A DNA stretch of 64,000 bases from an uncultured Phycisphaerales bacterium (GTDB lineage: Bacteria; Planctomycetota; Phycisphaerae; Tepidisphaerales; Tepidisphaeraceae): the NCBI GenBank assembly GCA_963755915.1, contig CAVWLP010000002.1:3712001-3776000 (forward strand), in the 5' to 3' direction. The notes beneath the pieces were generated by a model, which was not told the DNA's origin, did no database searches, and saw nothing but the letters and a program-made list of their open reading frames with translations. Every line of letters starts with the position of its first letter. Position 1 is the first letter of the stretch. Positions 53,881-64,000 of this stretch are shown in pieces. The translations under genes were made by a program, and so were the position numbers.

Positions 53881-53961
53881 ACCCCCGCCCCCGGTACTCC
53901 GGGGGAATTGGAGGCTGAGCGAAGCGAAGTCCCGACTTGTCGGGAGCAGGGGGAGGGGGGG
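53881..53961 (+). repeat. GC-rich REP-like palindrome (CCCCGGTACTCCGGGG type) with internal hairpin
   Basis: CCCCCGGTACTCCGGGGG ... TCCCGACTTGTCGGGA ... GGGGAGGGGGG. Confidence 0.45.
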
Positions 53962-54186
53962 ATTGGTCGGCTGACGTAAACCAACAAACCGCTCTGTTAA
54001 ATACAAAGCCCCTTACCTTTTCCACCCGAAAAACAGCCGCCAGCAAGCCGAAATATCCGGTCTTTTCCGCCCCTTCCTACCCCGCCGCAGAATCGAAATG
54101 GAAAGACGTGTAAACGGAATACTAACTCCGACCCCGGTGGTAGTCTGCACCCCATCAAATCGGCGGCACAGCGAGGAGTTCACGCC

Positions 54187-55094
54187 ATGCAAAAACACTC
54201 CAGGGCCTTCACGTTGGTCGAGTTACTTGTCGTCATCGGCATCATTGCCGTCCTGATCGGCATTCTGCTGCCGGCGCTGCAGAAAGCGCGCGATCAGGCG
54301 AACACGACGGCGTGTCAATCCAACCTGCGCCAGATTTATGACATTTTCCTTCTTTACGCCGACGATTATCAGCAGTATGCCCTCCCCGCTGAAGAAACCT
54401 ATACGGGTGGGTCCGAATACTTTTGGTGGTGCCGACTCTCATCGGTAACGAGCTTGGGGCAAATACGAATCAGACTCAGAACGTAAACGATCAGAAGATT
54501 ATCAAGTACCTTCAGTGTCCTTCCGCCGATCACCAATATGACGTTGGCGGCCCGCTGGCGGTGAACAACTACTGGGGCGACTACACCTATAACCTCAACA
54601 TGGGAGGAATTACCGTCCCCGCTTCCGGCCCACCGACCTTCTCGCCCCCGCTGGAAAAGCTCAGCGAAATTCCCAGCAACGTAATTCTCGCATGCGACAT
54701 GATCAAAGAATACTCCGAAGCTACGGCTGGCCCTACCCAACAGTGGCGGGAATCGACGTTTGCCCAGATGAATTATCTTCTGGGCAATCACTGGGGCACG
54801 GGAACCAATGGAGTGGGACTTTGGAGTGGGACTGCTGAAGAGAACCCCTCCATCTGGATTCCCCATACCAAAGGCACCCAGTGCAATGTGCTGTGCATGG
54901 ATGGCCACATCGCGCTGGTCACGCTGAGCCAATTTTGCCAGCCCGGCGGCGGAAGCATCGTTACCACGACGGTTCCCTGGCTATATAAGCCTGGCGCGAG
55001 TGGGTCTTTCACCACGAAGGACTACCTGGTCGGATATTGGAAAAATAACGCCTGGTCGACGGCCTGGAACAAGTACGCGCCACCATTATTCTGA
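54187..55094 (+). CDS. Prepilin-type / H-X9-DG (DUF1559-like) protein 3; frameshift ~54425
   Basis: GAGGAG RBS; RA^[55 protein letters not shown]. Confidence 0.9.
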
Positions 55095-55104
55095 GCCGGT
55101 CGCG

Positions 55105-56372
55105 ATGTATAATCCCCCGGCCATCGCAGAGGAAATTCCCCAATCAGTCCATGCGCCTTCCTTCCGCTGGGTCATCTGCGCCCTCCTTTTCTTGGCCACC
55201 ACCATCAACTACATGGATCGCCAGATCCTCGGCATCCTCGCCCCCACACTCCAGAAAGACATCGGCTGGAACGAAGTACAGTACGGCCACATCGTCATGG
55301 CCTTCCAAACCGCCTACGGCATCGGCGTGCTGATCTTGAGCCGACTGATCGACCTCTGGGGCACCCGCATCGGCTACACCCTTTCGATCCTGGTCTGGAG
55401 CATTGCCGCCTGTCTCCATTCCGCGGCGCACTCGGTCGTTACCTTCGGATCTGCCCGGTTCCTTCTCGGCCTCGGCGAAGCCGGGAATTTTCCCTCCGCC
55501 GTCAAAGCAGTGGCCGAATGGTTTCCCCAAAACCAGCGGGCATTGGCGACCGGCATATTTAACAGCGGGTCCAATGCCGGCGCCGTTCTCGCCCCCGCCC
55601 TCGTCCCCATGCTCACCCTGGGTTTGGGTTGGAAAGCCGCCTTCATCGTTGTCGGCTCGGCCGGATTTCTTTGGGTCCTCGCCTGGCTTGCGATCTATCC
55701 CAAAATCCGCTTCTCGCCAGCCCTGCCGGCGATTCTTCATCTGTCGGCTCTTACAGTTGGCCTCTGTTATTTAAGCACCCTCAAACCTGGGCCAATGTTT
55801 TTCAATCCGCCTGCATCTCCCCGATCTGGTGGTTTTATCTCTACTGGCTGCCCAAATTCTTCTCCTCTGTCTATGGCCTCAGCCTCTCCAAGCTCGGGCC
55901 GCCGCTTATCATCGTCTATTCAATGTCTTTCGCCGGCAGCATCCTCGGCGGACTTCTTCCCGCACTCTTTCTTTCCACCGGCGCTTCCGTGAACTTCAGC
56001 CGGAAAATGTCATTCCTGATCTGCGCCGCCCTGACGGTCCCCGTCGCATTCGTGACGTGCATGCACAACGTCTGGCAGGCCACGTTCACCATCGGCCTTG
56101 CCGCCGCCTCCATGCAGGGATGGTCTGCAAACTCCTACACCATGGTCTCCGACCTCTTCCCCAAAAAAGCGGTCGCCTCGATCGTCGGAATCGGCACCGC
56201 CTCCGGCGCGGCAGCTTCGATCGCCTTCTCCGACCTGGCTGGAAACATTTTGCAGCACAGCGGAAGCTACGTCATATTGTTTATATTTGCCGGCGCTGCA
56301 TACCCGGCGGCGCTGCTGTTTATCCATCTCCTGGTCCCTCACTGGAGGATGGCTGAGCTGGAGGAGAATTGA
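55105..56372 (+). CDS. exuT: MFS hexuronate (galacturonate) transporter, ExuT-like; frameshift ~55730
   Basis: RWVICALLFLATTINYMDRQ, GLGEAGNFP, AEWFP, ATGIFNSG, PIWWFYLYWLP, SDLFPKKAVAS; pectin context. Confidence 0.85.
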
Positions 56373-57760
56373 AGATGATGCCACGACATTTTTGGGCGAT
56401 GCTTGTGTCTTGCGTCGCTTTCGGCGCAACCGCAGTTGCCGCCACAACCCAACCGTCCGTCTTCAACGTCTTTGTCGTCGCCGCGATCCCCGGTGGCAAA
56501 CCCCCCGCCAAGTCCGCGATCCAAAATGCCATTGACGCCTGCGCCGCTGTCGGTGGCGGCGAGGTGTTTGTTCGCAAAGGCACCTATCTCACCGGGCCAA
56601 TCCATCTCGCCAGCGGCGTAGACCTTCACGTCGATGCCGGCGCCGTCGTCCTCTTCAGCAATAACACCAGTGATTATCCCGTCCGCTCCACTCCCGCCGC
56701 TGACGGCTCTGCCGTTCGGGTGTCTCCACTTTCCGCCGACGGCGTCCACGACATCTCCATCACCGGAACCGGCACCTTCGACGGCCAGGGCGAAGCCTGG
56801 CGGCCTATCAAGCGGGAAAAAATGCCGACCGATCAATGGCGAAAACTCACCGCCGGCGGGGGAGTTTTCGATGCCGTCTCCCAGACCTGGTATCCCTCCG
56901 CCGACAAATCCATCAGCAAAGAACGTCCGGTCCTGGTTTACCTGGCCAACTGCCATGATGTTTTGCTCGACGGCCCCACTTTCCGCAATTCGCCGAACTG
57001 GGACCTGCATCCGTTTCAGTGCACCAACGTCACCATCCGTCACGTGACGCTCTTCAATCCTCCCTATGCGCAGAACGGCGACGGGATCGACATCGACTCC
57101 TGTTCGAACGTCGTCATGAGCGACAGCGTGATCAACGCGGGGGACGATGCCGTCTGCCTCAAGTCCGGCACCATTGCCGGCGGGCATAAGCAGCCGCCGG
57201 ACGAAAATATTACCATCACCCGCTGCACCATTGGGTCTGGTCACGGTGGCATTACCATCGGCAGCGAAATGTCCGGGGGGGTCCGCAACGTCACCATCTC
57301 CCACTGCCAGCTCACCGGCACCGACGCCGGCCTTCGCTTCAAAACCGAACGAGGCCGCGGCGGGGTCGTCGAAAACATCAACATCAGCGATATCGCGATG
57401 TCCGAAATCCAACATGGCGCGATCGAGTTCGACATGTTCTACGGACAGAAGCGCCCCTCCTCGACGCCAAAATCCGTCGGCGACGGGACGCCCCAATTCC
57501 GTAATTTCCAGATCAGCCGCATCTCCTGCGACGGCGCTCAAACCGCCCTGGTCATGCGCGGGCTTCCCGAAATGCCCCTCCGGGGAATTTCTCTGGACGA
57601 TGTGCAAATCCATGCCCAAAAAGCCGGGGAGATCGACCATGCCGACGATCTAACCCTTAAGGATATCCAGATCGTCGCCGAATCAGAAACCCCCGTTCTT
57701 TTCAAGGACGTTCACGACCTCAAGACCGATCACGTTCAAGGCCTGTCCGATTCACGTTGA
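56369..57760 (+). CDS. Secreted GH28 (exo)polygalacturonase
   Basis: Signal peptide; NGDGID, GDDAVCLKSG, GHGG, RFKT. Confidence 0.93.
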   Translation: MKMMPRHFWAMLVSCVAFGATAVAATTQPSVFNVFVVAAIPGGKPPAKSAIQNAIDACAAVGGGEVFVRKGTYLTGPIHLASGVDLHVDAGAVVLFSNNTSDYPVRSTPAADGSAVRVSPLSADGVHDISITGTGTFDGQGEAWRPIKREKMPTDQWRKLTAGGGVFDAVSQTWYPSADKSISKERPVLVYLANCHDVLLDGPTFRNSPNWDLHPFQCTNVTIRHVTLFNPPYAQNGDGIDIDSCSNVVMSDSVINAGDDAVCLKSGTIAGGHKQPPDENITITRCTIGSGHGGITIGSEMSGGVRNVTISHCQLTGTDAGLRFKTERGRGGVVENINISDIAMSEIQHGAIEFDMFYGQKRPSSTPKSVGDGTPQFRNFQISRISCDGAQTALVMRGLPEMPLRGISLDDVQIHAQKAGEIDHADDLTLKDIQIVAESETPVLFKDVHDLKTDHVQGLSDSR

Positions 57761-57791
57761 TCGACCGGTCCATCCATTTTGGAGCAGCTTC

Positions 57792-58824
57792 ATGCGATTT
57801 CGAGTGATGTGCGTTTCCGTCCTTCTCTTCGCCGCCCTCTCCCGTGCCGACGACAAAACCTTCGTCGTCGCCGCCGACGGGTCCGGCGACTATAAAACCG
57901 TGCAGGACGCCATCGCCGCCGTTCCCGAAAAATCCGACACGCGTACCATCCTCCACCTCAAGCCCGGCACCTATGACGGGCCCTTCATCATTCCCCAGAA
58001 TAAGCCGAACATCACCATCCAGGGCGACGACCCGGCGACGACGATCCTGAGCTGGGACCGCAACGTGCGCAACCCGATCCCCACCGGCAACGACGGATTC
58101 AACCCCGGCCTACAGGTTCGCGGCGACGATTTCCAGGCCATACGCGTCACCATCCAAAACATCTCCGGCGACCATGGCCAGGCCCTCGCCCTGCGCGCCG
58201 ACGGCGACCGCGCAATCTTCCTCGATTGCCACATCACCGGCTGGCAGGACACCGTCATGGTCAATAACGGCCGCGACTATTTCCAGGACTGCACTATCGC
58301 CGGCCGCGTCGATTTCATTTACGGCTCCGCCACCGCCTGGTTCCAGGATTGCGAAATCCACAGTCGCAACGGGGGTCACGTCACCGCCGCCAGCACGCCG
58401 CAGGACCATCCATATGGATTCGTCTTCAAGAATTGCAAACTCACCGGAGATTCGATCGCCTACGACCCCGCGACCACCAACCCTTCTTCGACCGTGAAGC
58501 CCAAGGTAACCCCCCTCGCCGACCTCGGCCGCCCCTGGCGACCCTACGCCTCCGTCACTTATCTCGATTGCGAATTGGGCGCCCACATCAAGCCGGCGGG
58601 ATGGAACAACTGGGGCAAAAAGAGCAATCAACAAACCGCGCGCTACTCCGAATACCAAAGCACCGGCCCGGCACGGCGCCCGATCAGCGCCCTCCTGGTC
58701 GCATCAATTAACCGACGACCAGGCAAAGCAGATTACGATTCAGGCGGTCCTTGCCGGTGATGACAATTGGGATCCAGAATCAGTTGCACAATCGCTCACG
58801 GCGGCCGCCACGACTCAAAAATAG
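57792..58824 (+). CDS. Secreted CE8 pectin methylesterase; C-terminal frameshifts ~58670-58695
   Basis: DGSGDYKTVQDAI, GQALAL, WQDTV, VDFIYG, LGRPW; continues SHQLTDDQAKQITIQAVLAGDDNWDP...TQK, TAG 58824. Confidence 0.92.
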
Positions 58825-58915
58825 AGCGTTATTAAAAACGTCTTTGAGAATCGAGGCCCATAAAGGCTTCACGCAGCAACCGACCTCCGAACGTCGCGAA
58901 CACAACGCGATTGTT

Positions 58916-60360
58916 CTATTGCACAAGTATGTATTGCTGCTGCGGAAGCTTTGTTGTGTCTATCGACACTTCCGAAAAGAGGTAGGCAAGGACCGTAAAG
59001 GCCGATCGATTGCTTCTCAGGATCGAGGCGCCCGACTCTCCTATCTCACTAGAGTCGGCCTCTATTGTTGCCGTTTCCCGCACGTCGGAAGGTCCAGGCC
59101 GGTTTGGATCGTCGGCAATAGCGTACCAATTTCCTTCATATCTGAGTTTTGCAGTTACGTTGAGTCCGGCGAGAACCTCCGAACTCGCATAGGAAATTTG
59201 CAGAATGGGTCGATACCAAGCCGAATCCGAATTCTGAAAATTGTCGTGGAATTGGACCTCGAATGTCCCCTCTCTCGATTGATACTTGATCCGATCCGGA
59301 TTCGTATTTTTGGCACCGCAAGGGCTTCAAAATAACCCTCCTCCTGGGAACAGCAGTAAAGCACAGCCTCGAAAGACCGGAAAACGAACTGGGGTTTGGC
59401 TTCACCGTACCATAGCCACTCGAAAAGCGGATCTGGTTTCCCATCTCGCGGATTGTTGGGCTCCAAACTAATGTTCGTTTTGTCGGCCGCCTTACCTACA
59501 GAATACTGATCGTTTCCGTTATCGCCTTTTTCGTCCGTTACTTTCAGCCCTGCACTTGCCGCATAAACCAGATCGTGGAGCGATGCGCTGTTGCCGCTGA
59601 ATATGACGCTTCCGTTGTTGTCCGTCGATTGCTGTGAATTTGACGGAGTCGTCTTATCGCTTTTTACGCGACCGTCTTCCCAGTAGCACAATGGAACGCT
59701 CTCCGAGGCTTCGTGATTGTTGCTCCCGGTTTGCCCCTTCTTATCTTTATTTGACAAAGTGGCTGGTGTTGCAACCAGCCAGTGGTATTTCTGTACTCGC
59801 CTCATGTCCAGACAAAAGTTAAGAAAGTCGGCGTAGCTGTGATCGTACGGAGAATTCCTAAGAATACATACTTTTCCCTCCTTGTTCTTAACGCGGACCT
59901 CATTGATCATGATTCGGAGGAGCTGATCTGCCGGATATCCCTGCTCATAGAGCTCGTTGAAGAGTTTTTGATCGATTGGAGCAGCGATTGCCTGTGCGTA
60001 GATCGTGCCGTTCAACGGCACAAACGTAAATACGGGCTGCTGCTGAAAACCAGCGTTGAGAGATCCGCCCAGGGTCAGCGAATGCATTGGGGAGCTTGTC
60101 ACATTTCGCCCGGCCATCGTTGAAAACATTGTTGACCCGGAGAACTGATATTGGGAGCTGATTTGCGAAAGCTGGATGAAATATACCGGCTCCTGCTGGT
60201 GCTCCCTTGCAAGGTTCAGAAGTAGCTGCTGGTTCATCGAATCGCCGTATACATTCGAATAGTCATCAAAATCGACCTGAAGTGCTGATCCACCGCAACC
60301 ATATAGGCTGAAGGACAAGCCGACGAGAATCAAGGTAATTCGGGCATGTCGCGCGTTCAT
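58916..60360 (-). CDS. Uncharacterised lipoprotein (AT-richer); frameshift ~59312
   Basis: Lipobox LYGC; LLLNLAREHQQEPVYFIQLSQISSQY. The shifted frame continues AKNTNPDRIKY...LRYEGNWYAIADD...AFTVLAYLF...YILVQ, TAG 58916. Confidence 0.75.
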
Positions 60361-60561
60361 AGGAGATAACTTTCTTGTTGGGCAAGCGATTAGCCGCGAG
60401 GCGCGGACTTCCCACCCTCGCCCTTAACACGGCACAAACAAATAAAAAATACCCGCGCGATATGTACGCCCGCACGCGCGAAAATGCATTATGACAACAT
60501 TTGTAGCGAATAAGCAAAACTGCTTAAAATACTCAACAGGCGAGTTCCAACCCCATTACCC

Positions 60562-61644
60562 TCACGAAATGTATTTCCTCTCCCGAAAATAACTTATCGC
60601 CTCTTCCGTCCGTCGGAAAACCTTCGTCGCCGTCTCGGTAATAAACGGCGACGGCATCGCATTACACGCCCAGATCACGTAGACCTCCTTGCCTCCCTCG
60701 AACGCGTGGTGCAGCTCGCGTTCCACGCCGCTGGATAACCCCGGCTTGCCGTTGGGCAGCTCCGGCACCAGGCTCACGATCATGTCGCTCTGGTCGATCG
60801 TCTTGAAATCTCGCGCGTAAATCTGCCCCAGGATGTCGCCCCCGATCTGCGCCACGTCCGCCGTCTGAAGCACCATCAGCCCCTGCCCGCCGTCCACTTC
60901 GATAACCTTCCGTCCCTCTTCCATCGCCTTCACCGCCATCGCGTGCAGTCGGAACTCATCGACCTCCCCGGGATCGAAGCAGACAAAATGGTCGCCGATG
61001 GTGGCCTTAAACGCCTCAATCTCCGCCAGCGTTTTAGGCAGGTCCATCACGTGGCTCATCGGAAAGCTCAGGTAGACCTTCTTCTTCCTCGGCTCAAAAA
61101 GAAGTCCATAAATCGTCTGCGTCGTCATCTCGTGCCGCCCGCGCGAAACCATATAGAAATGCCCATATCCCCGGATGACGTTGGCGATGATCTCCGTCGC
61201 CAGCAGCTCTTCCTCGCGCCAGACCATGATGTCCTTCAGCGTGTGATCCAGCTCGTGATCGCGCAACAGCCTCTGGTGAACCGACTCGGCATTGTCGAGA
61301 AGCGTCACGTAAAAGTCGGCGGAAAACGCCCCGATCTGATCGAAATCAAACGCCGAGAAGAGTCCGTGCCGCCAGCGGAACGTCGCGTGGGTATTCACCA
61401 GGACATGCTCGTGCCGCTGCGCGATATTTTGAATTTCCTTGAAGACCGAGCGCCGCAGCGCATTCAGGCGGGTGATTGGCAGATTGAGGATTCTCCCCGC
61501 GGGAACGTCCGGCGCCTCGGCGTACATCATCTGCCCCACGTGGCAGACTTCCACGTCGTGCCCCTTGCGCAGGGCCTCGGCTTTCAGCGCCTCCAGGTAC
61601 GGCCCCTTGTCGACGCCCACTTGTCCGGTGAAAAGCGCTCTCAC
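60562..61644 (-). CDS. P-loop nucleotide-kinase-like domain fused to a nucleoside-deoxyribosyltransferase-like domain
   Basis: GTG start; LFTGQVGVDKG, VNTHATF, WREEE; C-terminal VYLSFPMS...ARDFKTIDQSD...SSGVERELHHA. Confidence 0.7.
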   Translation of the reverse strand: MRALFTGQVGVDKGPYLEALKAEALRKGHDVEVCHVGQMMYAEAPDVPAGRILNLPITRLNALRRSVFKEIQNIAQRHEHVLVNTHATFRWRHGLFSAFDFDQIGAFSADFYVTLLDNAESVHQRLLRDHELDHTLKDIMVWREEELLATEIIANVIRGYGHFYMVSRGRHEMTTQTIYGLLFEPRKKKVYLSFPMSHVMDLPKTLAEIEAFKATIGDHFVCFDPGEVDEFRLHAMAVKAMEEGRKVIEVDGGQGLMVLQTADVAQIGGDILGQIYARDFKTIDQSDMIVSLVPELPNGKPGLSSGVERELHHAFEGGKEVYVIWACNAMPSPFITETATKVFRRTEEAISYFRERKYIS

Positions 61645-61918
61645 AAAGAGGGATCGTATCGTCGCGTACCGCGCAAATTCAAGCACTGGCCGCTATCGGC
61701 CGCGGTCAATGATCGTGATGCCATCCCCAGTGGCGATGGCCACCCGCATCAACCACGCACCCCGTCATGGTCAGGGGCGCGGAGAAAATCGCCGCTGCAA
61801 TCAGTGCAATGATAATTCTTCTTACGAACTTCATATACCGTACTCTAGCGTGCCTCCCGTCCAATCCGCAGCGCCGAAAATGGCCCGCTCAACCACCTTC
61901 CGATAACATCGCCCGCCC

Positions 61919-63685
61919 ATGCTTCAGAGCTTAGAACTAACCAACATCCGTCTGCTGCCGGGCCCCCTGGAAAATAGGCAAAATCTCTGCGGCGAATACC
62001 TGCTTTCCCTTGATCCATCGCGGCTCCTCCACAATTTTCGAATAAACGCCGGGCTACCATCTTCAGCGCGGCCGCTCGGAGGCTGGGAGTCGCCGCAGTG
62101 CGGCCTGCGCGGCCATTTCACCGGCCACTATCTTTCCGCCTGCTCCAAAATGTTCGCCTCCACCGGCGACCAGAAATTCGCCGACCGCGCCAAATCAATC
62201 ATCCAGGCACTTGCTGAGTGCCAGCAGGCCCTCGGTGCGGGATACCTCTCTGCTTTTCCCATCTCCCAGTTCGACGCCCTCGAGCGCGACTGCGGAAAAA
62301 CCTCCCCAATCTGGGCGCCCTACTACACACTCCACAAAATCCTCGCCGGCCTGATCGACGCTCACATTTACGTCCATGACTCCCAATCCCTTTCCGTCGC
62401 AATCCAACTGGCAGATTGGATCGCAGCCCGCCTGAAGTCCCTCTCACCCGAAACTCTCGAAGCGATGCTCCGCACCGATTCGATCAATCCCAGCAACGAA
62501 TTTGGCGGAATTGGCGAAACCCTCTACGAGCTGCATCAACTCACCGGCAGCGCGTCATATCTGGAATCGGCAAAACTCTTCGACCGATCGTGGTTTTTCT
62601 CCCCCCTCATCGATGGCCGCGATGCCTTGGCCGGCCTGCACGCCAACACCCACATTCCCCAAATTCTCGCCGCCGCGCGCCGATTCCAGATCACCGGCGA
62701 AGAAACCTATCGACTCGCCGCCGAATATTTCTGGGAGCGCACCGCCCTGGCCCGCTCCTACGCCAACGGCGGCAGCTCGGGCCCCCGGCCCGACCGCCGC
62801 GAACGCAGTGAAGGGGGCGAACACTGGCCAATCGCTCTTCAGCTCCACGGAACCCTCACCCCCAAAATCAACGAGAGCTGCGTCGCCAACAACATGCTCC
62901 GGCTCACGGATGCCGTCTTCACCTGGAATCAGGACCCCAAATACGCCGATTTCCGCGAGCGCGCCTTCCTCAATTCCGTCCTCGCCATGCAGCATCCCCG
63001 CTCGATGGGAAGCTTTATCTACAGCCATCCCCTCTCCTCCGGCAGCCGCAAAATTTATGGCGACCCCGACGAAACATTCTGGTGCTGTTACGGCACCACT
63101 GTCGAAGCATACGCCTCACTCGCCGCCGGCGCTTATTTCTGCAACCAGGGCGAATTCTGGGTGAGCCAATTTATCGCGTCCGAAGCATCCTGGCCCCAGC
63201 GATCCGTGAAGATCGTTCAGCAGACCGATTTTCCACAAACGCCCGCCACCAAATTAATCATCCGCACGCAAACCGAAACTGATTTCACGCTCCACATCCG
63301 CATCCCCGCCTGGGCGACCTCCGCCTCCTGGCGACTAAACGCCGGCGAGTCACAGCATGCCTCCCCCGGCTTCCTCAAAATCCACCGCCCATGGCGCGAC
63401 GGCGACACCGTTGAGCTGGATTTCCCCATGTCGCTGCGCACAGAGCCTCTCCCCGGCGACAATTCCCTTATCGCCTTTTTCTACGGCCCCGTGCTCCTGG
63501 CCGCGCGCACCCACCACGCGCTGGATCTCGGCGTATCAGCCGACAAAGCGATCACCGCCGTAAGAAAAACCGACCCCCACAAACTGCGCTTCGCCGCCCG
63601 CCTCGGCTTCGGCGGCGAGGTTCCTCTCGTTCCGGTTTACGAAATCACCGACGAACCCTTCGGCGTCTATTTCAAGACCTCGTAA
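61919..63685 (+). CDS. GH127/GH146-type beta-L-arabinofuranosidase (cytoplasmic)
   Basis: GGWE, GHFTGHYLSA, WAPYYTLHKI, NEFGG, HANTHIP, ESCVANNMLRL, FWCCYGT. Confidence 0.9.
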   Translation: MLQSLELTNIRLLPGPLENRQNLCGEYLLSLDPSRLLHNFRINAGLPSSARPLGGWESPQCGLRGHFTGHYLSACSKMFASTGDQKFADRAKSIIQALAECQQALGAGYLSAFPISQFDALERDCGKTSPIWAPYYTLHKILAGLIDAHIYVHDSQSLSVAIQLADWIAARLKSLSPETLEAMLRTDSINPSNEFGGIGETLYELHQLTGSASYLESAKLFDRSWFFSPLIDGRDALAGLHANTHIPQILAAARRFQITGEETYRLAAEYFWERTALARSYANGGSSGPRPDRRERSEGGEHWPIALQLHGTLTPKINESCVANNMLRLTDAVFTWNQDPKYADFRERAFLNSVLAMQHPRSMGSFIYSHPLSSGSRKIYGDPDETFWCCYGTTVEAYASLAAGAYFCNQGEFWVSQFIASEASWPQRSVKIVQQTDFPQTPATKLIIRTQTETDFTLHIRIPAWATSASWRLNAGESQHASPGFLKIHRPWRDGDTVELDFPMSLRTEPLPGDNSLIAFFYGPVLLAARTHHALDLGVSADKAITAVRKTDPHKLRFAARLGFGGEVPLVPVYEITDEPFGVYFKTS

Positions 63686-63704
63686 GTGTCGCCCAAACGC
63701 GCGC

Positions 63705-64000
63705 CTAATGCCCGCGAATCAGCGCCGCCTCCGCCGTCTCTTCTTCGAGCACCGAAATCCGGTTCATATGCGCGCTCGGCGCGACCGGGTCCGGGTTCGT
63801 CGTCCCCGCACCAACCGGCATCGCCGGCCGATACGCGATTCGCGTGTTGTGCTCGATATCGATAAACAGTTTTAATACCTCGGCCGCTCCCAGCATCAGC
63901 GCGCACCAGAAAACCGAGCCCCCCAGCGCCGCGGCCGCCAGGATCACTCTGTCCACGGAATCGAACGGCGCCCGCAGCAGCATCCAGAACACCGCCACGA
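63705..64000 (-). CDS. Hypothetical membrane protein, 3' part; start lies beyond the right edge
   Basis: Hydrophobic helices followed by AEVLKLFIDIEHNTR; stop at 63705. Confidence 0.65.
   Translation of the reverse strand, partial: VAVFWMLLRAPFDSVDRVILAAAALGGSVFWCALMLGAAEVLKLFIDIEHNTRIAYRPAMPVGAGTTNPDPVAPSAHMNRISVLEEETAEAALIRGH

Noticed and set aside
41536-54186. Shared regulator motif for the pectin module (AAACG(G)AAT near 43113, 45816, 54112)
   Set aside because: Too short and inconsistently spaced to support by eye; needs MEME.
38318-57640. Long minus-strand ORFs 38318-39616, 49165-50403, 52475-53824, 56339-57640
   Set aside because: Antisense to well-supported GH35/GH28 genes; typical stop-poor shadows in high-GC DNA.
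1-64000. tRNA, rRNA, transposase, cohesin, exosortase or TonB-dependent receptor genes
   Set aside because: None recognised by eye; absence needs HMM/Infernal confirmation, and partners may lie elsewhere in the genome.

Overview
GC-rich bacterial DNA, most likely a Planctomycetota (Phycisphaerae/Tepidisphaera-like) genome. This is inferred from the prepilin/H-X9-DG (DUF1559-like) genes, LExRxLLS planctomycete N-terminal motifs and PEP-CTERM proteins with dockerin-like tails. About 55 kb of the window is a three-part glycan-utilisation supercluster with no recognisable TonB-dependent receptor or SusCD pair. Module 1 (4.4-21 kb; beta-glucan-like) has 2 GH5, GH1 and an XylR-type regulator. Module 2 (21.6-40 kb; probably arabinogalactan) has 2 BNR-4, GH16, GH35 and LacI. 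Module 3 (40-58.8 kb; pectin) has 4 GH28, 2 CE8, an ExuT-like MFS and an XylR-type regulator. Each module contains exactly one type-IV-pilin-like H-X9-DG protein plus PEP-CTERM and dockerin-tailed surface proteins. I could read two sets of shared promoter motifs directly from the DNA, and these put the pilin-like and PEP-CTERM genes in the same putative regulons as the hydrolases. Also present: a poly-HAMP histidine kinase (truncated by the left edge), an AT-richer HEPN+HNH islet flanked by a duplicated regulator 5' end, dispersed non-coding repeats, a kinase/NDT-like fusion and a GH127/146 gene. More than 20 one- or two-base indels, mostly in homopolymer or dinucleotide runs, split genes and look like long-read errors. 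All family calls come from motif recognition by eye; no database search was run.
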